Of a DNA stretch of 64,000 nucleotides, positions 1-11,478 are shown piece after piece. This DNA comes from an uncultured virus (IMG/VR IMGVR_UViG_3300025889_000077). Lineage: Duplodnaviria; Heunggongvirae; Uroviricota; Caudoviricetes. The notes under the pieces are model-generated. The model had not been told where the DNA came from. It ran no database searches and saw only the letters and a list, made by a program, of their open reading frames with translations. The stretch lies in the IMG/VR virus record IMGVR_UViG_3300025889_000077, one strand, 5' to 3'. Position numbers and translations under genes: made by a program. Position 1 is the stretch's first letter. The number at the start of each line of letters is the position of its first letter.

Positions 1-4
1 GGCA

Positions 5-700
5 ATGGGATCCAGGCGCTTTGTTTATAAGGATGATAAAATGCGATTGAGAGAAAGAGTCAAAGGTTCTGGGCCTGACAGAACAGAACTGAAAATATTT
101 CATAAACTTGGAACAGTCTCAAAAGAAACCGTTTCTGAACTCAATCATATTCTGGATACCTGTGATAGAAACGACATTGGTTCCGACAACTATTCAATCA
201 CAAACACAATTGATTATGAAGATACACATGGAGTAAAAAAAGAATACTATCGTCAACTTCTTTTACAAGAGAACAAAGACGGACCAACTTTGAAAAATGC
301 GAAAGTCGGTCAGGTATTCAAGGAATCAGAAGATCAGTATAGTATATGGGCAAACAAAGAGTTTGATATAGACACCACAATCTCCGACATAAATCGTTAT
401 TTCAGACAAGTATTTCGGTTTCGGTTGAGTGAAACATTACCACACCATTCAGTTGCTTGGCATATTGATACGAATACAAGTGTAATGTGTAGGGCGCAAA
501 TCTGTTTACATGAAAACGACTCTTTGTTTGAGTTTAAGAATAGAGAAGGTATTCATCAGTTGTTCATGAAGCCTGGCGAGTTATGGTTTATCAATACGGG
601 ATGGAATCACAGAGTTGTGGCGAATAATGATCTGAGAAGAACGGCGGTATTCTCATTCAGATTTGAAGACTTGATAGAATCCCAAGATTTGTATGTTTAG
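5..700 (+). CDS. 2OG-Fe(II) oxygenase, Asp/Asn beta-hydroxylase-like cupin
   Basis: HxD (WHIDTN) plus distal His in WFINTGWNHRVVAN and a following Arg; the true start may differ. Confidence 0.65.
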   Translation: MGSRRFVYKDDKMRLRERVKGSGPDRTELKIFHKLGTVSKETVSELNHILDTCDRNDIGSDNYSITNTIDYEDTHGVKKEYYRQLLLQENKDGPTLKNAKVGQVFKESEDQYSIWANKEFDIDTTISDINRYFRQVFRFRLSETLPHHSVAWHIDTNTSVMCRAQICLHENDSLFEFKNREGIHQLFMKPGELWFINTGWNHRVVANNDLRRTAVFSFRFEDLIESQDLYV

Positions 701-1259
701 AATATCAGAGAATAGATATTTCTATCATGTTCCAAAAACCGCTGGATCTTCTATAATAAAACATGAAAAACTGACATATCTAGGCGACAGAAAAACGGAA
801 TTTCCTAGACGACATGATCCTATTTCCATATGGCACGAAAGAACTGGAATAGATTTTAATCAGAATAACACAATAGCAATAGTTCGGAATCCTTATTCGA
901 GAATGATAAGTTATTGGTTGTTTACTAATGCGACATTTAACTGTAACTTATCCTTCAAAGATTTTCTCACTACTGAAAATATTATGGACGAATTTTTGAA
1001 GAAAAATGCTTGTTATCATTCTACAAAAACAAAGATGGCACAACACATTTCTTCTTCAGCAAAGATATATAAATTTGAAACAGACTTGCCTGAAATAGGA
1101 AAGATTCTGGAACTACCAAATTTTCCTGCTGGTATAAAAGAAAAATCAAGTAAATACACAACAGCATGGCAAAACTATTATAACTCGGAAACTCAAAAAA
1201 TAGTTCTGGATCGGTTTTACGAAGATTTTGAAAACTTTTCATATAACAAGGATTTATGA
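693..1259 (+). CDS. Sulfotransferase family 2 protein
   Basis: 5'-PSB motif HVPKTAGSS, 3'-PB motif IVRNPYSRMISY, C-terminal YEDFENFSY. Confidence 0.8.
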   Translation: MFRISENRYFYHVPKTAGSSIIKHEKLTYLGDRKTEFPRRHDPISIWHERTGIDFNQNNTIAIVRNPYSRMISYWLFTNATFNCNLSFKDFLTTENIMDEFLKKNACYHSTKTKMAQHISSSAKIYKFETDLPEIGKILELPNFPAGIKEKSSKYTTAWQNYYNSETQKIVLDRFYEDFENFSYNKDL

Positions 1260-1805
1260 ATGAAAATGAAATCTATGTACAAAGACAGAATTGATACAAG
1301 AAAAGATTTTTCTGCCGAAAACTGTTTTAAATCCAATTGGACCCAGAGAGTTGAGACGAGTGTACGAAATGTCTTAAAGATTGTAAATTTTTCTTTGCCC
1401 GAAGGAATTATTGTTGAATATGGAGTGGGATACAGTATTAATCTAGAAAAAATAAAAGCAGATTATTATCCAGAAAAGGATATTTTAGGATTTGATATAA
1501 AAAACTTTTCAGGTAGACCTTGGGTAAAAGATTTAGATGTTAGAAACATCTGTTCTTATAAAGAATTCAAAAAACCTATTGCTTTAGCGATTAATGAATT
1601 ACCTAATTGGCACGAATCTTATATTACAAAACAAGCGGGTTACGATCATGCTATGAATAATTTAGTTGTTGGAGGAATATATATAGAAGCCAGACAAATA
1701 AATCCGGAATTTTATGATTATCCTCGTCACGTATACGAAAATGATACACTTAAAAAAATTTACGTCCAATCAGGACATATTGGATTTATAAAAATCAAAG
1801 ACTAA
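1260..1805 (+). CDS. Putative SAM-dependent methyltransferase-like protein
   Basis: IVEYGVGYS glycine motif, GFDI acidic strand end, LVVGGIY. Confidence 0.45.
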   Translation: MKMKSMYKDRIDTRKDFSAENCFKSNWTQRVETSVRNVLKIVNFSLPEGIIVEYGVGYSINLEKIKADYYPEKDILGFDIKNFSGRPWVKDLDVRNICSYKEFKKPIALAINELPNWHESYITKQAGYDHAMNNLVVGGIYIEARQINPEFYDYPRHVYENDTLKKIYVQSGHIGFIKIKD

Positions 1806-1809
1806 TACG

Positions 1810-2940
1810 ATGAATTTAATCAAAACGAAATCTTATTGGATTCTTGATGAACATGAATCTTACATAGATATTACTTCTGGAGGTTTTGCTTTTCCTTTTG
1901 GATACGCGAATGAAGAACTCATAGATTCGGTTTCTCAAGAAATGCGAACAGTCTCAAAGTGTATGTCAAATATAGGCCAGACTACAGATTCCGTAGAAAA
2001 AGCAGAACAGTTTTTAAAAGACAATAACTGGTCTGGTATTATTTGGACCGTTACCGGAACTGGTGCCGTAGAAGCCGCACTTCAATATACCACACTTCTA
2101 AATCCCAACAAAAAGATACTCTCATATACTCCCGGTTGGCACGGTACGAGTATAATGACAAAACAACTATCTGCTACTTCATCTAATTTTTCTGGACCTG
2201 TAAGAACCATAAAAACAAATCCTTGGAGAACGGATTTAGAGAGATCCATAGAAGAAAAACGATTGATTGAAAGAACCGAAATAGAAATAAAATCGCATAA
2301 TGTAGGCATTCTGGTAATCAATCCCGCTCCATGGTATTATGGTTTGAATATTTGGAGCAATCAGTTTTGGTTATCCCTGAAAGAAATCTGCGAAGATAAA
2401 GTGACCATTATCGTTGATGATGTAGCTTCTTGTTGGGGTAAGACTGGCGAATATTTCAGTCACACAAAACTAATACCATTTAAACCAGATGTTGTTTGTA
2501 TAGGTAAAGCAATAACTGGTGGTTATGCTCCATTAGGGGCAACACTGTTTTCGAAAAACATTTGGGAAAGAGCGGAAGGTAGGATTTTTTATGGACACAC
2601 TTTCCGTCCATATATGGGCGGCATAGGGGCATTTAACAAGAGCATAGAAATAATAAACCGAGAAAAATATTTTGATTCTGTGGAGAATATTGAGACAAAT
2701 TTACGAAATATAGGATACAGATTAAAATCACTTGACTTGATAAACACATTTAGAGTATATGGTCAATGTGCTTCTTTTGATGTAATACGAGATAATCATA
2801 AAATACAGAACTTCAAAAAACGATATTATGGTGCCAGTAACAGTTCTGGTTTTAATTCTTTAAGAGTCTGCCCAATGTTTATAGCAGACAACGAATATTT
2901 TGATATTTTAGAAACTACCTTGATTGATATAATGTCATGA
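1810..2940 (+). CDS. Class-III PLP-dependent aminotransferase
   Basis: YIDITSG, TGTGAVEAAL, WHG, IVDDVASCWGKTG, PDVVCIGKAITGGYAPLGA (PLP lysine), GHTF. Confidence 0.85.
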   Translation: MNLIKTKSYWILDEHESYIDITSGGFAFPFGYANEELIDSVSQEMRTVSKCMSNIGQTTDSVEKAEQFLKDNNWSGIIWTVTGTGAVEAALQYTTLLNPNKKILSYTPGWHGTSIMTKQLSATSSNFSGPVRTIKTNPWRTDLERSIEEKRLIERTEIEIKSHNVGILVINPAPWYYGLNIWSNQFWLSLKEICEDKVTIIVDDVASCWGKTGEYFSHTKLIPFKPDVVCIGKAITGGYAPLGATLFSKNIWERAEGRIFYGHTFRPYMGGIGAFNKSIEIINREKYFDSVENIETNLRNIGYRLKSLDLINTFRVYGQCASFDVIRDNHKIQNFKKRYYGASNSSGFNSLRVCPMFIADNEYFDILETTLIDIMS

Positions 2941-3509
2941 TTACCAAAAGATTATCAAATTTTCCAGATACAATAATATCAAGATTGAAACATATTTACA
3001 ATAATTATTATGACCAACTCATTGAAATTAAAACAAACCACTACAATACTAAAATGTATTTTATTTCTAATAAAATCGAGTTTAACATAAACATACCACA
3101 TTGCGAAGTGATAATTTTTATGATAAGCCCTCCGAATATGGGCAAGTCTATAATACATACAGACAGAACCAATGTGTCTGATGATAAAATTGTCGATAAT
3201 TTTGGCATTAATGTGCCACTAAAAATCGACAAACACAAAAGCAAATTTATTACGGGAAAATATGAGGATTTGTCTTTGTATCCTAAGAAAACAAAAAAAC
3301 AAGATGGTGATAGAATATCATATGAATTTGAATATGATCCTGATTTATTCGAAGAGATGGATTTAAAACCAGCAATTTTGATTAATGGTTATGTTCCACA
3401 TGGTTGGACCAACTACAGTGATGAAGAAAGAATTATGTGTAGATTAGAATTTGGATCACACTCCATTGAAACAATACACGATCTTCTTTACAAAAAAGGT
3501 TGGTTATGA
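2937..3509 (+). CDS. Putative 2OG-Fe(II) oxygenase/cupin
   Basis: IHTD ... INVPL ... VPHGWTN..ERI motif pattern. Confidence 0.55.
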   Translation: MITKRLSNFPDTIISRLKHIYNNYYDQLIEIKTNHYNTKMYFISNKIEFNINIPHCEVIIFMISPPNMGKSIIHTDRTNVSDDKIVDNFGINVPLKIDKHKSKFITGKYEDLSLYPKKTKKQDGDRISYEFEYDPDLFEEMDLKPAILINGYVPHGWTNYSDEERIMCRLEFGSHSIETIHDLLYKKGWL

Positions 3510-4252
3510 AATTTTTGATATATCAATATTTCTCTAAAGAAAAATCAAAAAAAATGAAATTGACTTTATCTGATGCGTCTTACGTTAATATGCAAACCAA
3601 CATCGATAATAATCTTGAGGATTTAGGATTTAAAGATTTTCATGAATTGTCTATTCAATCGTTAAAAGCATATGCCAACAAGATAGGTGTTGATTATATT
3701 TTATATGATACTTTGAACGAGTCAATAAATTATAACCCTTACTATGGTCGTTTTTATCCGTTTAAAAATGATCTGGTAAATTATTATGATGCGGTTTGTT
3801 ATTTTGATTGTGATATTTTAGCCACCACATATGCGGGAAATATATTCGATTATTACAATCCGAATAACATAACCTTATATTCAAGACCCATTTCTGTACG
3901 AGAAAATTTAAATAGATTGAAAAATAAAAGAACAATTAAAAGTCGAAAAGAAACTTCGGGAATAATAATCTTCCCAAAAAGCGTTTTTTCCGATTTCAAA
4001 AATATTAATCTTGAAATTTTGGACACAGACGATACATATCAATTGGTCGTGGATGTAATTATACTTGCTAGATACTTGAAAAATAATTTCGTTTCACAGT
4101 TACCACATTCTTACAATTATCTAATGCACCAAATAGAAAGATCAGATAAGAAATCTATAGATGCACGATTTGATATGAATTTTATTCATTATGGATTAGA
4201 TTATAAAGACATGTTGTATAAAGATTTTTCTTCCGAAGCAATCCTCAAGTAA
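3500..4252 (+). CDS. Putative GT-A fold glycosyltransferase
   Basis: LIYQY start, YANKIGVDY, YFDCDI (DxD), SGIII, FIHY; paralogous to GTs at 40329, 41129 and 45392. Confidence 0.6.
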   Translation: MVMKFLIYQYFSKEKSKKMKLTLSDASYVNMQTNIDNNLEDLGFKDFHELSIQSLKAYANKIGVDYILYDTLNESINYNPYYGRFYPFKNDLVNYYDAVCYFDCDILATTYAGNIFDYYNPNNITLYSRPISVRENLNRLKNKRTIKSRKETSGIIIFPKSVFSDFKNINLEILDTDDTYQLVVDVIILARYLKNNFVSQLPHSYNYLMHQIERSDKKSIDARFDMNFIHYGLDYKDMLYKDFSSEAILK

Positions 4253-4259
4253 TAAAATG

Positions 4260-4267
4260 TATAAATA
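4260..4267 (+). promoter_or_regulatory. T4-type late promoter TATAAATA
   Basis: Exact gp55 consensus upstream of structural genes. Confidence 0.75.
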
Positions 4268-4329
4268 ACTCTATATAACTTGGTGCAGGGGCGGTTTTGC
4301 CCGTCCGACAAAGAAAACGAGAGGTTTTT

Positions 4330-4683
4330 ATGGCACAGTACGAAGAGTTCACAATCGATCAAGGTTCTGATGTATCAGTTACCTTAAATTTAGTGAATAC
4401 CGATGGTAGTAAGAAAAATCTTACTGGTTATTCGGTGGCAGCAAAAATGAAGAAAACATACAATTCTGCCGATTCCGATACAACATCTTTTACAACCAAT
4501 ATCACTTCACCTGCTACTGGAGGTATCTGTACTTTGGCTCTGACCAATACTCAAACAGATGCTCTCAAGGCGGGAAGATATGTGTACGATGTTGAAATCT
4601 CATATGTCGATAGTTCTGCTAATACTGTAATAGAAAGAGTTCTAGAGGGTCGTATCCAAGTCACACCGTCAGTTACAAAGTGA
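4330..4683 (+). CDS. Virion structural protein (BppU N-terminal-like, tail/baseplate associated)
   Basis: ATG after GAGG; IDQGSD ... GRYVYDVEI ... RVLEGRIQVTPSVT pattern common in T4-like phages. Confidence 0.6.
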   Translation: MAQYEEFTIDQGSDVSVTLNLVNTDGSKKNLTGYSVAAKMKKTYNSADSDTTSFTTNITSPATGGICTLALTNTQTDALKAGRYVYDVEISYVDSSANTVIERVLEGRIQVTPSVTK

Positions 4684-4694
4684 GGTAGGGATAT

Positions 4695-7600
4695 ATGACT
4701 AATCTAGTTGTCACCGGAGAAACTAAAGTCGCAAAGATTGTAAGCGGCATTACAATCGTAAAATCTATTACAGTTTCAACTCCACAATATACACCCCAAA
4801 GAGTCGTCGAAATTAATACGAATTTTGCGAATATATCACACGACGATATCATACGATATGATAGTTCTTCAGACAATTTTCTACCACAATCATTTGATTC
4901 AGCATTAGATCAATCTAAAGCAACGATCCGAGGTTACTTCAACACGGGTGGGGACCTAACTTATGATTCCGCGACCGGTAAATTTTCTATTGATGTTGAA
5001 GTCGTTTATACAAAAGATAATTTTGATTCAGATTTCAATCTTGCGTTAGATAGTGCCGCTTTGGGTGGTAAAGGTCTTGCATACAACTCCACTACAAACA
5101 CTCTTAGCATAGACTCCGCTGAACTTGCTGCGTATTTCTCTACGGCCGATTTACCTGAAGGCACCAATCTATATTACACAACATCAAGGGCTGATAGCGA
5201 TTTTGATGTTAGATTAGCAACTAAGACCACAACGGATGTAGCAGAGGGTGTAAATCTCTATTATACAACTGCTAGAGCAGACTCAGACGCACGTAGTGCT
5301 TTGGTTGGTGGTACGGGAATAACATACGATTCTTCAACTGGTAACATCAGCATAACAAATACAGGCGTTACAGCGGCAACATATGGTTCCGCTTCTCAAG
5401 TTCCTGTGTTTACTGTAAATGCTCAAGGACAAATTGATTCTGCTGGAACTGTATCAGTCGCAGGTGTTTCTTCAACGTCATTTGATTCAGCATCAGGCAT
5501 ATTTACGATCAACACGGCTGATGGGGGGTCTTACACAACAGCGATTGCCGACTCAGACTTTACCGCCAAAAGAGCAAGAGAATCTGTCTCAGTGACAGAC
5601 GCAGGTGGTGATGGCTCTCTTACATATGCTGAAGCAACAGGCACATTTACATATACAGGACCTTCTGCGACAGAAGTACGAGCGCATCTCGTAAACGGAA
5701 TTGGAATAACATACGATTCTGCTTCTGGTGTTATTTCGACAAACGATGCGCAGATTAATCACGATGCACTAAACAACTTTGTTGCAAACGAACACATTGA
5801 CCACACGTCTGTTACCTTGACTGCTGGCAAGGGTCTTAGTGGTGGTGGTGATATTTCTTCTTCTCGTTCTTTTGCCATCGACTCAGCAGAACTTTATGCT
5901 AAATGGGATCATGATGGATTTAACGATTATGTTGCCAATGAACACATCGACCATACTTCAGTTACGCTAACGGCGGGTAAAGGTCTTTCTGGCGGGGGTG
6001 ACATATCTGCTTCCAGAAGTTTCGCCATCGACTCAGCCGAATTTCTTGCGGGTTACGAAGCATCAATCAATCACGATAACTTGACGGGATTTGTTGGTAA
6101 CGAACACATAGACCATACGTCTGTTACCTTGACTGCTGGTAAGGGTCTCTCTGGTGGAGGCGATATATCCACGAATAGAACTTTCAATATTGACTCAGCA
6201 GAACTTTATGCTCAGTATAACCATGACGATTTTTCCGACTATGTGGCAAATGAACACATCAATCACACAAGCGTCAATATTACTGCTGGTCGCGGTCTAT
6301 CCGGCGGCGGTGATATATCCACGAACAGAACGTTCAATATAGACTCAGCCGAGTTTGCTTCATATTTCACGACTTCAAATCTACCAGAAGGATCGAATCT
6401 CTATTACACAACTGGTCGAACAGACTCAGATGCAAAGAATGCGATATCAGGTGGAACTGGTATTACATACACGGCCGCTACTGGAGTAATCGCAACAAAC
6501 GATGCGCAGATTGATCATGACGCATTGAATAACTTTGTTGCAAACGAACACATAGACCACACCTCAGTCACCTTGACTGCTGGTAAAGGTCTAAGTGGTG
6601 GTGGTGATATATCCACTAATAGAACTTTCAATATTGACTCAGCAGAACTTGCCGCACAATATAGTAAAGTCATTGTACACGACAACACAAATGGTTTCGT
6701 TTCAAATGAACATATAGATCACACCTCAGTTACCTTGACTGCTGGCAAGGGTCTCTCTGGTGGTGGTGATATTAGTACTTCAAGATCATTTGCCATTGAC
6801 TCAGCAGAATTCTTGGCCGGATACGAAGCATCTATCAATCACGATAACCTGACGGGATTTGTGGCAGATGAACACATTGCACATACGTCCGTTACTCTAA
6901 CTGCTGGTCGAGGTCTATCCGGTGGGGGCGATATATCCACGAATAGAACTTTCAATATTGACTCTGCCGAGTTTGCTGCTTATTTCACGACTGCAAATCT
7001 ACCCGAAGGATCGAATCTATATTATACTTCTGCCAGAGCAGATTCGGATGCTAGAAATGCTGTTTCTGCTGTTGATAATGGTGGTGATGGTTCGTTCTCT
7101 TATAGTCCAATTACAGGCATTTTTTCATATACAGGACCTTCTGCCACAGAAGTGAGAGCGCATTTCGTTGCTGGTACTGGTGTTACTTACAATTCTGCTT
7201 CTGGTGTTATTTCTATCGGGCAACCTGTTGCTACAACTGATTCTGTGACATTCTCTGGATTGACTGTATCTGGAAACTTCACGGTCAATGGTACACAAAC
7301 AATAATCAACACACAAACATTGTCCGTTTCAGATCCGATGATACATCTGGCTGATAGTAATGAAACAAGTGATGTTATTGACATTGGTTTCATAGGTCAC
7401 TACTCAAATGATGGCGGCATTACAAAAAGACACACAGGATTTATAAGAGACGCAAGCAATAGTCAATATTATCTTTTCAATGGACTTATAGATTCTTCTT
7501 TAGATTCGAATCCTCCAAATAATATTGTCAATGTTGGTGGAACAGGTTGGACACTTGCGACACTTAATGTTGGTTCATTGACTGGTAAATATTCTGGATT

Positions 7601-10301
7601 TGATTCCGATTTCAATGTATCTCTTGACAATGCCGGATTAGACGGTAAAGGTCTTGCTTACAACTCAGGCACCAATACTCTTAGCATAGACTCAGCAGAA
7701 CTTGCCGCACAATATAGCAAGGTCGTTGTTCATGACAACACAAATGGATTTGTTTCTGATGAACATGTAGCACACACAAGTGTCACCTTGACTGCTGGCA
7801 AGGGCCTTAGTGGTGGTGGTGATATATCTGCATCAAGAAGTTTCGCTATCGACTCGGCTGAGTTTCTTGCGGGTTATGAGGCGTCTATCAACCATGACAA
7901 CTTGACAGGTTTCGTGGCAGACGAACACGTAGCACATACTTCAGTAACCTTGACGGCGGGTAAAGGTCTTTCTGGTGGCGGCGACATTTCAACGAATAGA
8001 AGTTTCGCAATCGACTCAGCAGAACTTTATGCTCAGTATAAACATGATGGATTTAGTGATTATGTTGCAAATGAGCATATCGATCACACAGGAGTAACTC
8101 TAACTGCTGGCAAAGGTCTAAGTGGTGGCGGTGATATTAGTGCATCAAGAAGTTTCGCTATCGACTCGGCTGAGTTCTTAGCAGGTTTCGAAGCAAGTAT
8201 CAACCATGATAATCTAACTGGTTTCGTTTCAAATGAACATATAGATCACACCTCAGTTACCTTGACTGCTGGCAAAGGTCTATCAGGTGGCGGCGATATA
8301 TCTGCTTCAAGATCATTTGCCATTGACTCATCAGAATTGTATGCCAAGTGGGATCACGATGGATTTAACGATTATGTTGCCAATGAACATATCAATCACA
8401 CCGCCGTCACACTAACGGCGGGTAAAGGTCTTTCTGGCGGGGGCGACATATCCTCGTCTAGATCATTTGCTATCGACTCAGCCGAATTCTTGGCAGGCTA
8501 TGAAGCGTCAATCAATCACGACAATCTGTCAGGATTTGTAGCAGACGAACATGTAGCACACACAAGTGTCACCTTGACCGCAGGAAAAGGTCTCACTGGT
8601 GGAGGCGATATTTCTTCGAATAGAAGTTTCGCTATTGACTCGGCTGAATTCTTGGCAGGGTATGAAGCATCTATAAATCACGACAATCTAACTGGATTTG
8701 TTGCAGATGAACATGTAGCACACACCTCAGTCACTCTAACTGCTGGCAAGGGTCTAAGTGGTGGCGGTGACATTAGCGCATCAAGAGCATTTGCTATCGA
8801 CTCAGCGGAATTTTTGGCGGGATACGAAGCATCCATCAATCACGACAATCTAACTGGATTTGTTGCAGATGAACACATAGATCACACTTCAGTTACTCTA
8901 ACAGCGGGTAAAGGTTTATCTGGTGGAGGTGACATATCCTCAAACAGAAGTTTCGCAATCGACTCAGCGGAGTTCTTAGCAGGTTTCGAAGCATCAATCA
9001 ATCACGACAACCTGACAGGTTTCGTTTCAAACGAACATATAGATCACACAAGCGTCACATTAACTGCTGGCAAAGGCCTGTCAGGTGGGGGAGACATTTC
9101 CACTAACAGGTCATTTGCCATTGACTCGGCTGAGTTTCTTGCGGGTTATGAAGCATCAATAAATCACGATAATCTTACTGGTTTTGTGTCGGATGAACAT
9201 GTAGCACACACAAGCGTTACCTTGACTGCTGGTAAAGGTCTATCAGGCGGCGGCGATATCTCCGCTTCACGGTCGTTTGCTATTGATAGTGCAGAGTTCT
9301 TGGCAGGATACGAAGCATCCATCAACCACGATAATCTAACTGGTTTCGTTTCAAACGAACACATAGATCACACAGGAGTAACTCTAACTGCTGGCAAGGG
9401 TCTCTCTGGTGGTGGTGACATATCTTCTAACAGAAGTTTCGCTATAGATTCAGCAGAATTCTTAGCGGGATACGAAGCATCAATCAACCACGATAATCTA
9501 ACGGGATTTGTCGCTAACGAACATATCGATTGGACTTCCGCTTCTGCAAACTTCTTCACTACAGGCGATTTGAGAACAAGTGGAGTTATCACAATCGATT
9601 CAGACGGTGCTGCTCCTTCTGGTACCGCAAAGAAACTTTATAATGTTAATGGTCGTCTGTATTGGAATGGGGTTGTTCTGGATTCGGATTATAAAGGTGG
9701 TGGTGGCGGTGGTGCTTCTGTCACGACTTCGATAACAGCGCCAGTAGGGCCGAGTGATGGTGATCTTTGGTTTAACGAACTTGATGGTACTCTGAACTTA
9801 TGGTTTGTTGACTCCGATACGAGTCAGTGGGTAGATTTATCGGGACCGGCGGGCGTGGATGGCGTAGATGGCGTAGATGGCGTTTCTGTTACAGTCTTTG
9901 ACGACACAACTACAGACGCGACTCGTTATCTTCTATTTAATGATGCCACTTCAGGCGCACTTGATTCGGCTTGGGTATCTTCATCAAAACTTACATACAA
10001 TCCATCGTCTGGTCAAGTTTCGGCGACAGACTTTAACTCGACTTCTGATATCCGTTTCAAAGAAAACGTTGTTCCGTTGGAAGGACAATCTTCGCTTGAC
10101 ATTATAAATAGATTAAATCCAGTCGCGTTTGATTGGAAAGATAACGGAGTTCATAGTTATGGTCTTATTGCCCAAGAACTTGAAAAGATATTGCCAGAAC
10201 TTGTAACAGAAACAGATGGAAAGAAAGGGGTTTCTTATATTCCTTTGATTGCTTTGCTGATAAAAGGAATACAAGAATTGCAGGAGAAACTAAATGGCTA
10301 G
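4695..10301 (+). CDS. Long tail fibre with His-rich repeats and C-terminal intramolecular chaperone (peptidase S74-like)
   Basis: About 18 repeats [42 protein letters not shown] repeats; C-terminal [10 protein letters not shown]...[15 protein letters not shown]...LIKGIQEL. Confidence 0.85.
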   Translation: MTNLVVTGETKVAKIVSGITIVKSITVSTPQYTPQRVVEINTNFANISHDDIIRYDSSSDNFLPQSFDSALDQSKATIRGYFNTGGDLTYDSATGKFSIDVEVVYTKDNFDSDFNLALDSAALGGKGLAYNSTTNTLSIDSAELAAYFSTADLPEGTNLYYTTSRADSDFDVRLATKTTTDVAEGVNLYYTTARADSDARSALVGGTGITYDSSTGNISITNTGVTAATYGSASQVPVFTVNAQGQIDSAGTVSVAGVSSTSFDSASGIFTINTADGGSYTTAIADSDFTAKRARESVSVTDAGGDGSLTYAEATGTFTYTGPSATEVRAHLVNGIGITYDSASGVISTNDAQINHDALNNFVANEHIDHTSVTLTAGKGLSGGGDISSSRSFAIDSAELYAKWDHDGFNDYVANEHIDHTSVTLTAGKGLSGGGDISASRSFAIDSAEFLAGYEASINHDNLTGFVGNEHIDHTSVTLTAGKGLSGGGDISTNRTFNIDSAELYAQYNHDDFSDYVANEHINHTSVNITAGRGLSGGGDISTNRTFNIDSAEFASYFTTSNLPEGSNLYYTTGRTDSDAKNAISGGTGITYTAATGVIATNDAQIDHDALNNFVANEHIDHTSVTLTAGKGLSGGGDISTNRTFNIDSAELAAQYSKVIVHDNTNGFVSNEHIDHTSVTLTAGKGLSGGGDISTSRSFAIDSAEFLAGYEASINHDNLTGFVADEHIAHTSVTLTAGRGLSGGGDISTNRTFNIDSAEFAAYFTTANLPEGSNLYYTSARADSDARNAVSAVDNGGDGSFSYSPITGIFSYTGPSATEVRAHFVAGTGVTYNSASGVISIGQPVATTDSVTFSGLTVSGNFTVNGTQTIINTQTLSVSDPMIHLADSNETSDVIDIGFIGHYSNDGGITKRHTGFIRDASNSQYYLFNGLIDSSLDSNPPNNIVNVGGTGWTLATLNVGSLTGKYSGFDSDFNVSLDNAGLDGKGLAYNSGTNTLSIDSAELAAQYSKVVVHDNTNGFVSDEHVAHTSVTLTAGKGLSGGGDISASRSFAIDSAEFLAGYEASINHDNLTGFVADEHVAHTSVTLTAGKGLSGGGDISTNRSFAIDSAELYAQYKHDGFSDYVANEHIDHTGVTLTAGKGLSGGGDISASRSFAIDSAEFLAGFEASINHDNLTGFVSNEHIDHTSVTLTAGKGLSGGGDISASRSFAIDSSELYAKWDHDGFNDYVANEHINHTAVTLTAGKGLSGGGDISSSRSFAIDSAEFLAGYEASINHDNLSGFVADEHVAHTSVTLTAGKGLTGGGDISSNRSFAIDSAEFLAGYEASINHDNLTGFVADEHVAHTSVTLTAGKGLSGGGDISASRAFAIDSAEFLAGYEASINHDNLTGFVADEHIDHTSVTLTAGKGLSGGGDISSNRSFAIDSAEFLAGFEASINHDNLTGFVSNEHIDHTSVTLTAGKGLSGGGDISTNRSFAIDSAEFLAGYEASINHDNLTGFVSDEHVAHTSVTLTAGKGLSGGGDISASRSFAIDSAEFLAGYEASINHDNLTGFVSNEHIDHTGVTLTAGKGLSGGGDISSNRSFAIDSAEFLAGYEASINHDNLTGFVANEHIDWTSASANFFTTGDLRTSGVITIDSDGAAPSGTAKKLYNVNGRLYWNGVVLDSDYKGGGGGGASVTTSITAPVGPSDGDLWFNELDGTLNLWFVDSDTSQWVDLSGPAGVDGVDGVDGVSVTVFDDTTTDATRYLLFNDATSGALDSAWVSSSKLTYNPSSGQVSATDFNSTSDIRFKENVVPLEGQSSLDIINRLNPVAFDWKDNGVHSYGLIAQELEKILPELVTETDGKKGVSYIPLIALLIKGIQELQEKLNG
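5760..9530 (+). repeat. Intragenic ~150-160 bp coding tandem repeats in two blocks (7 + 11 units)
   Basis: Repeated translated unit with synonymous codon variation; boundaries approximate. Confidence 0.85.
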
Positions 10302-10905
10302 ACTAAATTTTCCAGCATCACCGACTGATGGACAATCATATGCGTCTGATTCTGGTGGTACATATGTTTGGGATTCTGATAAAACTAAATGGAGCAGAGC
10401 GGTAGGTCCTGCATATGTAACTCTAACTGGTATACAGACGCTCACGAACAAAACCTTGACAGCCCCCATCATTGCGACGATCAGCAATACAGGAACAATC
10501 ACGCTCCCCACGTCTACAGATACTCTTGTGGGCAGGGCGACGACAGACACACTTACCAACAAGACCCTGACTGCCCCGGCAATTTCAAGTCCGACTATGA
10601 CCGGGACGATACTTGAGGACGTATATACACTCTCTGGAACTACCCCGGCGCTGGACCCTGACAACGGCTCCATCCAGACTTGGACGCTATCCGGCAACTC
10701 GACGCCAACGGACAGCCTCTCGGCTGGCGAGTCTATCACCCTGATGATTGACGATGGCACTGCCTACACGATCACATGGCCAACGATGACTTGGATCAAC
10801 AACGCCGGGTCTGCCCCGACACTTGCAACCAGTGGGTATACTGTCGTGGTTCTGTGGAAGGTATCCACGACTCTCTACGGCGCACTGGTGGGGGATGGCA
10901 CCTGA
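10294..10905 (+). CDS. Tail-fibre-associated protein
   Basis: [11 protein letters not shown]...YVWD...KW N-terminus and [10 protein letters not shown] repeats typical of phage fibres. Confidence 0.65.
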   Translation: MARLNFPASPTDGQSYASDSGGTYVWDSDKTKWSRAVGPAYVTLTGIQTLTNKTLTAPIIATISNTGTITLPTSTDTLVGRATTDTLTNKTLTAPAISSPTMTGTILEDVYTLSGTTPALDPDNGSIQTWTLSGNSTPTDSLSAGESITLMIDDGTAYTITWPTMTWINNAGSAPTLATSGYTVVVLWKVSTTLYGALVGDGT

Positions 10906-11465
10906 TGCTGGCGCGTAAACTCATGGGGGCCGGTGGTTTTGGTGGTGGTCCTGCCACTTTTGAGGGCTTTACAATAGATGTAAATTACACCTCTAACTAT
11001 GTGACCCTGTATGAATTTAGAGTGGTTGACCACGATGACGTGGAATGGGCCTTGGCCCTTACACCTAAATCGGACTCGTTCCTGACATATAATTCTATTA
11101 GTGCGGGAGAGGTCTGTGGAAACGGCACCGACGTTGCAAATCAGGTTCTGAATAACTTGCAAGACGGATCGCCAGATATTTCCAGTTCAACAAGTGCTGT
11201 TGGCGGTCAGGTTGCAAGCGCGACAAGCAGTTCGGGCCTAAAGTTGTTTTTCAAGCCCTCAATCTCAAGGTCTGTGAAATACTTGGATATCGCTTTCAAT
11301 AACTATTATGGCTACGCAGGTGGGTCTATGACCCTGTACGCAGGTGATTCAGAAACGGTTTTAACGCCCTCGGACTCACCGGCCAACTCCTCAGACGTCT
11401 ATCAAACCACGGGGAATAGTAACGGTAAGTGGTATCGCTGGACGTATCCAGAAGACCCAACTTGA
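10905..11465 (+). CDS. Putative fibre tip / receptor-binding protein
   Basis: TGATG overlap start [11 protein letters not shown]; beta-rich; lies in the GC-rich module. Confidence 0.5.
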   Translation: MLARKLMGAGGFGGGPATFEGFTIDVNYTSNYVTLYEFRVVDHDDVEWALALTPKSDSFLTYNSISAGEVCGNGTDVANQVLNNLQDGSPDISSSTSAVGGQVASATSSSGLKLFFKPSISRSVKYLDIAFNNYYGYAGGSMTLYAGDSETVLTPSDSPANSSDVYQTTGNSNGKWYRWTYPEDPT

Positions 11466-11478
11466 GAATGAGGATAAA

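Noticed and set aside
5760..9530. Fibre repeats as a non-coding repeat array or assembly artefact
   Set aside because: Units differ at synonymous positions and keep one frame, which indicates genuine coding repeats.
10776..10904. N-terminal extension of ORF 10776-11465
   Set aside because: Overlaps the preceding gene out of frame; the TGATG-coupled ATG at 10905 is the more plausible start.
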